A DNA stretch of 63,711 bases from a virus (taxonomy: Duplodnaviria > Caudoviricetes): positions 1 to 63,711 of IMG/VR virus record IMGVR_UViG_3300021976_000012, one strand, 5' to 3'. Numbering within the stretch: the stretch's first letter is position 1; each line of letters begins with the position of its first letter. The translations under genes were made by a program, and so were the position numbers. This document shows positions 1 through 7,373 of the stretch, one piece after another. The notes beneath the pieces are model-generated. The model ran no database searches, had not been told where the DNA came from, and worked only from the letters and a program-made list of their open reading frames with translations.

Positions 1-84
1 TAAAATTCATTGGCCACGTCACTCAGGCGTTGATGGTGCAGGAAACAGCTACTATGTATGTAAATACTGCAAGGTAGTAATGAT

Positions 85-273
85 ATGAATACGTACACAG
101 TAACATTCAGAGATACTGCACATGGATGGATTAAATTCCAGGCAGATAAGATTAACGTTGAAGAGTATTGGACTACGTTCTTAATTCTTGGCGAAAATAT
201 TCTTAAAAATAAAGTTGTTTATCGCGTGGCCAGTAATGAGATTTTGCATGTACAAACTACACATTCTGAATAA
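85..273 (+). CDS. hypothetical protein (62 aa)
   Basis: ORF with an AAGGT RBS-like element upstream; stops just before the first tRNA. Confidence 0.6.
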   Translation: MNTYTVTFRDTAHGWIKFQADKINVEEYWTTFLILGENILKNKVVYRVASNEILHVQTTHSE

Positions 274-282
274 TTTTATTAT

Positions 283-355
283 GCAGATATGGAGCAATTG
301 GCAGCTCACCTGATTCTCAATCAGGAGGTTACGGGTTCGATCCCCGTTATCTGTA
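283..355 (+). tRNA. trnE: tRNA-Glu(CTC)
   Basis: GCAGATA/TATCTGT acceptor, GAGC/GCTC D-stem, CCTGA-TTCTCAA-TCAGG, ACGGG-TTCGATC-CCCGT; no encoded CCA. Confidence 0.9.
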
Positions 356-356
356 C

Positions 357-558
357 GCACCACAGGTAGTGTACAATGCTTGTGGAAGGTAAGTCGGTAA
401 ACATATGAATAGAAACTATTGAAGGCACTGTAAGCTCGTCTTTGTCAGGATGACGCCAACTCTAGCACAATGTTCATATGGCTATATTAGTAGACAATAG
501 ACATGCTCGCACTGTGACGGGTGCCTCCGTATGTTGAGTTGAAAGTTAGCACCGACCA
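357..558 (+). ncRNA. putative structured ncRNA A between tRNA-Glu and tRNA-Ile
   Basis: nested helices 393-398/551-556, 400-407/528-535, 423-428/521-526; pseudoknot CAACTC 457-462 / GAGTTG 536-541; no annotated ORF. Confidence 0.5.
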
Positions 559-559
559 A

Positions 560-633
560 TGGTCATTAGCTCAATTGGTTAGAGCGCTGTGCTGATAACG
601 CAGAGGTACACAGTTCGAAACTGTGATGACCAA
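560..633 (+). tRNA. trnI: tRNA-Ile(GAT)
   Basis: TGGTCAT/ATGACCA, CTGTG-CTGATAA-CGCAG, CACAG-TTCGAAA-CTGTG. Confidence 0.92.
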
Positions 634-634
634 C

Positions 635-820
635 ATGGAACCTAGCTTAAATGATTTAGACAGATGTGAACATGGTAGACACAGTATTGATAACTGTTTC
701 AGTTGTCCTGATAGATGGTCTACAGGAAACTTATTTTTAGAAAATGGTCAACGAATTGGTACCACTTTATATGGTGAACCAATATTTGTAATAACAGTTA
801 GACATCGCAGAAAATTTTGA
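635..820 (+). CDS. small Cys/His protein starting at tRNA position 75
   Basis: ATG 635 lies 2 nt after the tRNA-Ile discriminator; CEHGRH and CFSC motifs. Confidence 0.65.
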   Translation: MEPSLNDLDRCEHGRHSIDNCFSCPDRWSTGNLFLENGQRIGTTLYGEPIFVITVRHRRKF

Positions 821-825
821 TTCAT

Positions 826-897
826 GGCCTCGTTGAGTATGGGTTAGCTTCTGAGTTTTTCACACTCAAGGACAGGGTTCGAGTCCCTGCGAGGCTA
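826..897 (+). tRNA. trnE: tRNA-Glu(TTC)
   Basis: GGCCTCG/CGAGGCT, TGAGT-TTTTCAC-ACTCA, CAGGG-TTCGAGT-CCCTG. Confidence 0.9.
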
Positions 898-898
898 C

Positions 899-1108
899 AT
901 GCCGAGAAGTATAGTAAGTAACATATCTATAACTGAACCAATGACACTAGAAGATTTACGTTGGTTAGTAAATCAAACTATTGGCTATCCTCCAGATAGT
1001 AAAGTAACAGTTGTAGCACATAAAGAATATAACCAAATGGATTGGGACGCAGCAAAAATTACTGTGAGCGCAGATCTTAAAAGCGCTGATACAGAAGCAG
1101 AAGAATAA
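899..1108 (+). CDS. hypothetical protein starting at tRNA position 75
   Basis: ATG 2 nt after the tRNA-Glu discriminator; 69-aa ORF. Confidence 0.7.
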   Translation: MPRSIVSNISITEPMTLEDLRWLVNQTIGYPPDSKVTVVAHKEYNQMDWDAAKITVSADLKSADTEAEE

Positions 1109-1118
1109 TTAAATACTA

Positions 1119-1226
1119 GCACATGAGGCCATGTAGCGAGGCAGCGGACTTTGGGTCCGGCTAGGTAGATGCAACATAACGGTCATAAATCCTAAGGTGA
1201 ATGTGGTGCGACTCCACACTTGTGCA
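1119..1226 (+). ncRNA. non-canonical tRNA-like RNA (TTG loop, about 40-nt variable region)
   Basis: GCACATG/CTTGTGC acceptor-like stem, GCC/GGC D-stem, CGGA-CTTTGGG-TCCG, T-like arm TGTGG-TGCGACT-CCACA. Confidence 0.5.
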
Positions 1227-1227
1227 C

Positions 1228-1287
1228 GGTAGTCTGACCGACTCTTAATCGGCATGATTGCAAGTGACTGTCAGGTCACGGCTGCCA
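1228..1287 (+). ncRNA. D-armless tRNA-Lys(CTT)-like RNA
   Basis: 7-bp GGTAGTC/GGCTGCC plus A, CCGA-CTCTTAA-TCGG anticodon-like arm, GTGAC/GTCAC T-like arm. Confidence 0.5.
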
Positions 1288-1330
1288 ACAGTACCTAGTC
1301 GCTGACACGGCGAAGTTGAGGCAGTTTTAA

Positions 1331-1402
1331 CGGGTTGTAGCTCATCGGTAGAGTGTCTGGCCTGGGACCAGAAAGTAGTAGGTTCAATTCCTACCTGCCC
1401 GA
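1331..1402 (+). tRNA. trnP: tRNA-Pro(TGG), C33 variant
   Basis: CGGGTTG/CTGCCCG, TCTGG-CCTGGGA-CCAGA, GTAGG-TTCAATT-CCTAC. Confidence 0.88.
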
Positions 1403-1403
1403 C

Positions 1404-1688
1404 GTGATTAAAAAGTTAATAGTTCCAATCATAGGATCACTGCTGTTAGTTACACTTGGTGCTGCTAATTGTGATTACAAAGATCCAGGTTTGCCCCCGC
1501 ATCCTGGTGTAAGCTATCCTCAAACACCTCTTACAGGTTCAGATGCTACTTATGATCCAGACATAAACTTTGGTAGTGCACCAGCACCATTAGAAGGTAC
1601 AAAGTGTACCAAATCGGGACAAGAAAAACGAGATCCTGGTACTGGTGAATTCGTTAGATGTGTCAATAAGATCTGGAAGCGTATATGA
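1404..1688 (+). CDS. putative lipoprotein (start GTG 1404)
   Basis: MIKKLIVPIIGSLLLVTLGAANC signal-like N-terminus begins at tRNA-Pro position 75. Confidence 0.7.
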   Translation: MIKKLIVPIIGSLLLVTLGAANCDYKDPGLPPHPGVSYPQTPLTGSDATYDPDINFGSAPAPLEGTKCTKSGQEKRDPGTGEFVRCVNKIWKRI

Positions 1689-2053
1689 AAAAGAAATACA
1701 ATCATGGTGAAGCTTTTTGCTTGATGAAGTATCAATCTGATGATGGTACTGAACAAGAGATCATCTGGAATAGCAGAGATGGCGTTACTCCAATGGTGAT
1801 CACAATGAAATCTGGTAAGACTGGAACACATGTCGATTGGTACAACGATAAGTGTGTTCCTGATCATGTACCAAGTCCAGGTGATAGAATCTTCATAGAT
1901 CTAACAGAAGAAAAAGCATTAGAAATTGCTATGAAGAATCTTAAGCGTTGGGAAGATGACGGCTTAGACATGCGTACTGCTCCTAATGCTATAGCACTAG
2001 CACAAGAATACATGGAACGAACAGGTTCACCAGATATTAAAGTTGTGGAATAG
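1685..2053 (+). CDS. hypothetical phage protein
   Basis: 122-aa ORF coupled to the previous stop (ATGA). Confidence 0.75.
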   Translation: MKKKYNHGEAFCLMKYQSDDGTEQEIIWNSRDGVTPMVITMKSGKTGTHVDWYNDKCVPDHVPSPGDRIFIDLTEEKALEIAMKNLKRWEDDGLDMRTAPNAIALAQEYMERTGSPDIKVVE

Positions 2054-2061
2054 CACAAAAT

Positions 2062-2142
2062 GGGTGTGTCCTAGCGGTCTAGGAATCGGTCTGTAAAACC
2101 GATGTGCATAGCACACTGTTGGTTCGACACCAACCATGCCCA
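2062..2142 (+). tRNA. trnY: tRNA-Tyr(GTA)
   Basis: GGGTGTG/CATGCCC, TCGGT-CTGTAAA-ACCGA, variable arm GTGC/GCAC, GTTGG-TTCGACA-CCAAC. Confidence 0.9.
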
Positions 2143-2143
2143 C

Positions 2144-2342
2144 GAAGTATCTGACATATGTACTCACCAAGCGTCATGTATTCCGTATGCGAATAGGAAT
2201 ATTTGATGGGACTGGTATGGGATCGCACCTAATATGTTGAAGAATTGATGACCGAACCAATACTGACAGTTCAAAACTGTCCTAGTGAAACGGTCTAGAG
2301 ATGCTATAAATACACATGTTGGTTGAAAGCATCTTTTCTTCA
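2144..2342 (+). ncRNA. putative structured ncRNA B after tRNA-Tyr
   Basis: long hairpin 2152-2239; junction 2238-2244/2336-2342, GACCG/CGGTC, GAGATGCT/AGCATCTT; T-arm-like GACAG-TTCAAAA-CTGTC; loop-loop pairing 2255-2262/2317-2324. Confidence 0.55.
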
Positions 2343-2374
2343 CTCACTACCATAATGAAAGGAGGTTGAAAAAT

Positions 2375-2503
2375 ATGTGGCACATTCCGTTTAAATGGAT
2401 TAGTGATTTACTAGACAAGAAGTACTGGGTGTGCAAGCACCGCTGGTGCTTTCGGGAGGCCACCTATGATTATAGATGTCCTCTTCATCAAAATGATCCG
2501 TGA
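2375..2503 (+). CDS. 42-aa Cys/His peptide absent from the ORF track
   Basis: strong AAGGAGGT RBS; MWHIPFKW...CKHRWC...CPLH. Confidence 0.6.
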   Translation: MWHIPFKWISDLLDKKYWVCKHRWCFREATYDYRCPLHQNDP

Positions 2504-2510
2504 AAAACTC

Positions 2511-2583
2511 GGGGTTTTAGCTCATCTGGTAGAGCGCTGCTTTTGCAAGGCAGAGGTGGTCGGTTCGAGTCCGACAAGCTCCA
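2511..2583 (+). tRNA. trnA: tRNA-Ala(TGC)
   Basis: GGGGTTT/AAGCTCC with G3.U70, CTGCT-TTTGCAA-GGCAG. Confidence 0.93.
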
Positions 2584-2584
2584 C

Positions 2585-2725
2585 ATGAAAAAAGTATTAA
2601 ATGTAACACATGAATTTCTCATAGATATCTGGGAAGGAATAGTAAACTTCGTAGAGCAAGAAGCGTTCTGGATTATAAATGTAATCAACACTATATTACT
2701 AATCATCCTCCTTATAATAAAATAA
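2585..2725 (+). CDS. small membrane protein starting at tRNA position 75
   Basis: ATG 2585; hydrophobic C-terminal helix. Confidence 0.6.
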   Translation: MKKVLNVTHEFLIDIWEGIVNFVEQEAFWIINVINTILLIILLIIK

Positions 2726-2765
2726 GTACTTGCAATCGTATCACAACGGTGAGAGGTGAAGTTGT

Positions 2766-3521
2766 ATGAGTGATGTTGCTGCGATACCTAATCCAGATAT
2801 CTCTACTATGTATTTTGATAATAATCCTATTCGATATTTCATGCATAATGAAGTTCTCTATGTTTGTGGTATAGATGTCACAAAAGCCTTCGGATATAAA
2901 GATGAATATGGACCACTCAGAACCGTTGAAGATGAAGACCGGGTAGTTTTACAGGTTCAGAATAGTCGTGTACAATTACGTCCGACTATTTTCATCAATG
3001 AGCCGGCTTTTTACGAATTAGCATTCAGATCAAACCTAGAAGCTGCTAGACGCTTTACCCGCAAAGTATCAGGAGAAATCTTACCAGCCATTCGTAGGAC
3101 TGGAAGATATGAAGGTGAAAGTTTAAACGCAATAGTCGGTAATACTGCTCGTCCTTGGGAACGTATGTATGATGAAGATTTTCGTGCATTAATTCCATCG
3201 ACTGGCATGTCTGCACCACAGTTCTATGAATTTCTTTATACCAGATTACATCCAGAGGGCACCTTAGATTCTATGAGATCGAGAATTGTAAAGAAATTCT
3301 CTGGTGGAAGAAAAGATAACTACGATATAGATACTGGTCTTCGAGTTCGCCTTCACCAATACTTCACAGATCTTGGAAGAAGTTCAAATAAATTCAAACA
3401 AGAGCAACTAGCACTTATTATTCAATACATGCTTAGTGGTAATTGTAATAAAAAAGAATTTCTAGTAGTATGCAATAAGGTCTTTAAACTAAGGGATCCA
3501 TTAGCTATCACAGCAAAATAA
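2766..3521 (+). CDS. Bro-N domain protein with a P63C-like C-terminus (antirepressor-like)
   Basis: INEPAFYELAFRS...ILPAIRRTGRY Bro-N signature; PWERMY...LY..L...RLHQYFT resembles P63C. Confidence 0.8.
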   Translation: MSDVAAIPNPDISTMYFDNNPIRYFMHNEVLYVCGIDVTKAFGYKDEYGPLRTVEDEDRVVLQVQNSRVQLRPTIFINEPAFYELAFRSNLEAARRFTRKVSGEILPAIRRTGRYEGESLNAIVGNTARPWERMYDEDFRALIPSTGMSAPQFYEFLYTRLHPEGTLDSMRSRIVKKFSGGRKDNYDIDTGLRVRLHQYFTDLGRSSNKFKQEQLALIIQYMLSGNCNKKEFLVVCNKVFKLRDPLAITAK

Positions 3522-3535
3522 TTCAAACAAAATAT

Positions 3536-3607
3536 GCCATAATAGTGTAGAGGTCTGCACACTAGATTGTCAATCTAGAAGTCGGGGATCGTTCCCCCGT
3601 TGTGGCG
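3536..3607 (+). tRNA. trnD: tRNA-Asp(GTC)
   Basis: GCCATAA/TTGTGGC, CTAGA-TTGTCAA-TCTAG, atypical T-loop ATCGTTC. Confidence 0.88.
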
Positions 3608-3608
3608 C

Positions 3609-3720
3609 GTAGGATATAGTGATGGAAGCGCGGCCACGCATATTGGTTGTATGAGGAGCCTCATTTGTGAGCTAGGTGTGCACACCGAATTCATGATAGT
3701 AGGAAGTAACTGTATCTTAC
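3609..3720 (+). ncRNA. putative structured ncRNA C
   Basis: 12-bp terminal stem GTAGGATATAGT/ACTGTATCTTAC enclosing several hairpins; begins at tRNA-Asp position 75. Confidence 0.55.
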
Positions 3721-3724
3721 TGTA

Positions 3725-3799
3725 GTTCCGTATAGCCCAAATGGAAGAGGCGGCTGGTCATTCGGCGTCAATGTGTAGGTTCGATTCCTACTGCGGAAC
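3725..3799 (+). ncRNA. tRNA-like RNA with a collapsed anticodon loop (isotype undetermined)
   Basis: GTTCCGTA/TGCGGAAC stem, Leu-type D-arm GCC..GGC, canonical T-arm, but GCTGG-TCAT-TCGGC in place of a 7-nt loop. Confidence 0.65.
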
Positions 3800-3813
3800 C
3801 TTAAGGAGGCATT

Positions 3814-4065
3814 ATGGCTATTGAAAGAAAGTACGGAAGAGTCACCACAGAACGTGGTACCATCGGTGAAGATGAGCCTGTGGTGGTTTTCCGAGCACAG
3901 GATGCTCTGCTTCCAGAATTACTAGCAATGTATTTGCACATATGTCATACGGCTGGATCTCCACAACACCATCTTGATGGAATCAAGAAGACAATAGTCG
4001 AAGTAGAAGCGTGGCAGGCAAAAAACTTCACTAAGATTCCAACCAGTGATAGTTGGAGACCGTGA
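3814..4065 (+). CDS. small phage protein (DEPVVVFRAQD motif)
   Basis: AAGGAGG RBS; 83 aa. Confidence 0.75.
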   Translation: MAIERKYGRVTTERGTIGEDEPVVVFRAQDALLPELLAMYLHICHTAGSPQHHLDGIKKTIVEVEAWQAKNFTKIPTSDSWRP

Positions 4066-4261
4066 AAATACATGTGATTAATGTGGAAACCATGGTCACT
4101 TATTGTAGCAAGGGTGTCTACGGTGACAAAGCTATAACATTAGAAGATGCTAGAGACATGACAAACAATCTATTCTTTGACTGCGAAGACTGCTACAAAA
4201 TACTATCAGATGACAATGAAGCAGTCAGTGAATAGTTTTCCCTAACAGATGGGAAATAGTC

Positions 4262-5272
4262 ATGCTCTATGGTGTTGATGTACATGATGGATACCAAAAG
4301 GGTCTATCATTTCCACTACTTGCACGACAGGGATATTCCTTTGCAGCAGTGAAGCTTACCCAAGGTGTTGATTATGCTCGTGATTTGGGCGATGATTGGG
4401 TTCGGGCATCACGTGACGCAGGTTTAATTCCTGGTGCTTATCATTGGATAACTCGGACTGATGGTGCTACACAGGCTCGCTGGTTCTATAAAAAGATATT
4501 AGAATCTGGTGGACCTACTGGTATGCTCATTCAGCTCGACTGTGAAGCCGACGCTACCTATCAAGATGTACTAAACTGGAAGGCAGAATGGAATAGGTTA
4601 TCAAACAACCACCCATTCTTGCTTTACACTGGTAAGTGGTGGTGGGATGCTAGAAACTGGAATGGACCAAACGTAACTCCGTACCTGTGGGACTCACATT
4701 ACATTAGTGCAGACACAGATACAATCCAAGATGATCCAGCAACATTCGCTGCTAAGATTCCTGCCTCATACTTTAATCCAGGATATGGTAGTTGGACTTC
4801 TAACTCAATACTTCAGTTTACAAGCAGAGGTGATGCTGGTTCGCTCGGCAACAACGTCGATCTAAATGTTACTCGTATGACACGTGAGCAATTAGTTGCA
4901 TTAACAGGCACGACAGTTGATGTAGGAGCGAAAGGAACAGACATCATGATAAGTAGAGTCGCAATGGTTCGGGTACGAGTTGATGGTGTGCTACCTCCAG
5001 CAGACAAGCCGAACTCTTTCTATGTTGGCGATGGAATCTTCTATACCAATGCTGTCACCTGGAATCAGGTTACTGATGCTCAGGCAGAGGGAGCAAAAAC
5101 TAAAACGTACACAGAAGATGATGATTGGAAAGGTTGGGTAGGACGTAATCTGGCAGGCGCAACAAGCGCACCAGTAACCGCGACTATCACTCAGGATCAG
5201 CTCAACGCGGCTGTCCTAGCGAACGTACCGGCCATCGCAGCGGCGCTAGCGTCCCACATCAAGGTCGTATAA
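4262..5272 (+). CDS. endolysin, GH25 muramidase
   Basis: GVDV..YQ, VKLTQG, GAYHW, LDCE, LLYTG, ILQFTS, VDLN GH25 motifs plus a C-terminal extension. Confidence 0.9.
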   Translation: MLYGVDVHDGYQKGLSFPLLARQGYSFAAVKLTQGVDYARDLGDDWVRASRDAGLIPGAYHWITRTDGATQARWFYKKILESGGPTGMLIQLDCEADATYQDVLNWKAEWNRLSNNHPFLLYTGKWWWDARNWNGPNVTPYLWDSHYISADTDTIQDDPATFAAKIPASYFNPGYGSWTSNSILQFTSRGDAGSLGNNVDLNVTRMTREQLVALTGTTVDVGAKGTDIMISRVAMVRVRVDGVLPPADKPNSFYVGDGIFYTNAVTWNQVTDAQAEGAKTKTYTEDDDWKGWVGRNLAGATSAPVTATITQDQLNAAVLANVPAIAAALASHIKVV

Positions 5273-5291
5273 AAAGTTTTTACGGTTTGTC

Positions 5292-5328
5292 GCTGGTGGC
5301 TATAGACACAAAGGTCGTAGCCACCAGT
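5292..5328 (+). terminator. stem-loop after the endolysin
   Basis: GCTGGTGGCTAT/GTAGCCACCAGT inverted repeat; no long U-tract. Confidence 0.5.
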
Positions 5329-5335
5329 AGACCTT

Positions 5336-5409
5336 TCTCTCATAGCACAATGGTAGTGCGGTCGGCTGTTAACCGATTGATCTTAGTTCGATTCTAGGTG
5401 AGAGAGCCA
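5336..5409 (+). tRNA. trnN: tRNA-Asn(GTT) with encoded CCA
   Basis: TCTCTCA/TGAGAGA, GTCGG-CTGTTAA-CCGAT; the A of CCA is the A of the next ATG. Confidence 0.92.
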
Positions 5410-5792
5410 TGAACCTACCTTGGGATGATCCCAACCATGATGTTTTAGCAGATATTAGAAAAGCATATCAAGATGGATGGAATAAACTAGGTATGAGCGT
5501 ACCAATGAAACCAAGCGATCCAGCATATTGGATGTTGTCTAGTCCACATACAAGCACACCTACAGTGTTCCGAAAAGGCTGTTACATTTGTGAAGATCCT
5601 GAGTTTGCACAAATGGGTATGCCACTATGTAAACCATGTAAACCATGTCAAGAAGCTGGACGTGGTGATGGGCACAGTGCTGCCGACAATCCTATTTGTG
5701 ATGATTGTGGTCATGAATGTCACCCAGAATGTGGATGCTACCCGGAGCTAATGAATAATGACAATAATAGTAATGACATCGGGGTCGTTTGA
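5409..5792 (+). CDS. Cys-rich zinc-binding protein
   Basis: several CxxC pairs; ATG overlaps the tRNA CCA. Confidence 0.7.
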   Translation: MNLPWDDPNHDVLADIRKAYQDGWNKLGMSVPMKPSDPAYWMLSSPHTSTPTVFRKGCYICEDPEFAQMGMPLCKPCKPCQEAGRGDGHSAADNPICDDCGHECHPECGCYPELMNNDNNSNDIGVV

Positions 5793-6186
5793 TCTCTTCC
5801 ACATCGGTCATGCTAGGTATTTAGAATCTGCTGCATCATATGGTACACTGTTAATTGTAGCAGTAGAAACTGATGAACTAGTTCGAATGCGGAAGGGTCC
5901 TGGACGTCCAGTAATCCCACAGGCTGAACGCTTAGAGATGGTTCGCTATCACCGTAGTGTTAGTGATGTAGTACTTAAAAAACCCGGTGAAAACATTGCT
6001 GAGAAGTACAGTCCTGACCTAATTATTGTTAGCGATGATAGACCTAGACCCAAGATTCCAAATGTAAATGTTATTGTTCTGCCAAGGATGGCACAAACTT
6101 CTACTAGCAATATTGTTCGTAACATTGAGATTCACAGAAGAGAAGATGCTACACGGTATGAAAAAGGCGATCGTCTGGTACCATAA
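5758..6186 (+). CDS. HIGH-motif cytidylyltransferase-like nucleotidyltransferase (TagD/RfaE-II family)
   Basis: GSFDLFHIGH, KGPGRPV..ERLEMV, STSNIV. Confidence 0.88.
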   Translation: MTIIVMTSGSFDLFHIGHARYLESAASYGTLLIVAVETDELVRMRKGPGRPVIPQAERLEMVRYHRSVSDVVLKKPGENIAEKYSPDLIIVSDDRPRPKIPNVNVIVLPRMAQTSTSNIVRNIEIHRREDATRYEKGDRLVP

Positions 6187-6525
6187 AGATGGAGATAGTC
6201 TTGCTTTAGTCACTGAGCCATGGTGGGTACCAACCTTTGAATTTTTAATTCATCGCATCGCACCATGCTGTGGTTTATTTGGCTGGTTGTCAAGCAAATC
6301 AGATAAATTTAGTGAATTACTTTTCGATATAAATGGAAATCTACAAAACTTTGCATACAAAAAGCAAAGAGAAATTTATACTACACCAATTGAATCAGGA
6401 TGCAAAGCATCTGTAGCTCTTTACGGTATCAAAGGTCATTCATGCTGGAAAGATGAATGCGAATATAAGGAGGAAGATATGCCTGACTTGTAAGTACCAG
6501 AAGTACTGGTACAGGAGAGGCATAT

Positions 6526-6882
6526 GTGTCCAACACGGACAAGACCAAACCATACTGGGTTCAGATCATGCAAAATCGTGAACTTCAAATTGAAGATCAT
6601 GACCATCGTAATGGTATTTGTGATCTAGACTTCAGAATCAAACCATGGCGTGATTACACTTCTTGCAACTATCATATTAGATACTACAGTAAGACTGGTA
6701 GAAGGATTTTCGGTCGTCCATCTAAGGCAGAACAATCTTATCGAGCAGAAGCAAATGGCAGTGCACGTACCAAGCTTCGTAACGCTGTTAGTGAACTACG
6801 TAAAATGGCTATTGAGGATGTCGAGGACTGGGATATAGTTATTCCTCGCCACCGTCACTCTGCTCTCTGGGATGTGGATTAA
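6526..6882 (+). CDS. hypothetical basic protein
   Basis: GGAGAGG RBS; 118 aa. Confidence 0.7.
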   Translation: MSNTDKTKPYWVQIMQNRELQIEDHDHRNGICDLDFRIKPWRDYTSCNYHIRYYSKTGRRIFGRPSKAEQSYRAEANGSARTKLRNAVSELRKMAIEDVEDWDIVIPRHRHSALWDVD

Positions 6883-7089
6883 GATGGTGTATCTTGATTG
6901 TCCAGATGCTTTGTATGGAAGACATGGACCTACAGATAGTTATGGTAAGTGTCCATGGTGTGGTAAAAAAGTTGAGAGTGTAGCATTAAAACCACGGGCA
7001 GATCGCAATGTAAAATCTGATGCTTTAGCATCTTACGATTACTATTATGATCCTGATTATGGCATTGATCCTTATGATCGCTACTAGGA

Positions 7090-7362
7090 GTGATGGTGAT
7101 ACGAGATCCTGTAAAATGGAGCGCGTACCAAAAACAAAGGTATAAAGAATCAAGACTAAGAGCATTAGCAATACTTGGAAACAAGTGCGACTCCTGTGGT
7201 GATGATGAATTAGATCATCTACAACTAACTTACAAAGATGGATCTATAAGTGGTAGTCCACCAAGTAGAATCCTTAATATATCCAAGGCTAGATTCGATG
7301 TAGAGATTAAGAAATGTAAAGCTGTATGTTTAAGGTGCTACAACATTAATAGATACCAATGA
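7090..7362 (+). CDS. degenerate HNH-like zinc-finger protein
   Basis: LGNKCDSCG...CLRCYN; the usual catalytic histidines appear replaced by Tyr. Confidence 0.6.
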   Translation: MMVIRDPVKWSAYQKQRYKESRLRALAILGNKCDSCGDDELDHLQLTYKDGSISGSPPSRILNISKARFDVEIKKCKAVCLRCYNINRYQ

Positions 7363-7373
7363 CAACTTAATAT

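Noticed and set aside
1353-1403. N-terminal ORF extensions running through tRNA genes (also 623 and 2543)
   Set aside because: They overlap intact tRNAs; in-frame starts at tRNA position 75 give better N-termini
2245-2295. Hammerhead ribozyme (TTGATGA...GAAA)
   Set aside because: Core lacks C3, and GACCG/CGGTC pairing conflicts with hammerhead stems
5758-6186. CCA-adding enzyme for the CCA-less tRNAs
   Set aside because: HIGH-fold transferase, not a Pol-beta-family nucleotidyltransferase
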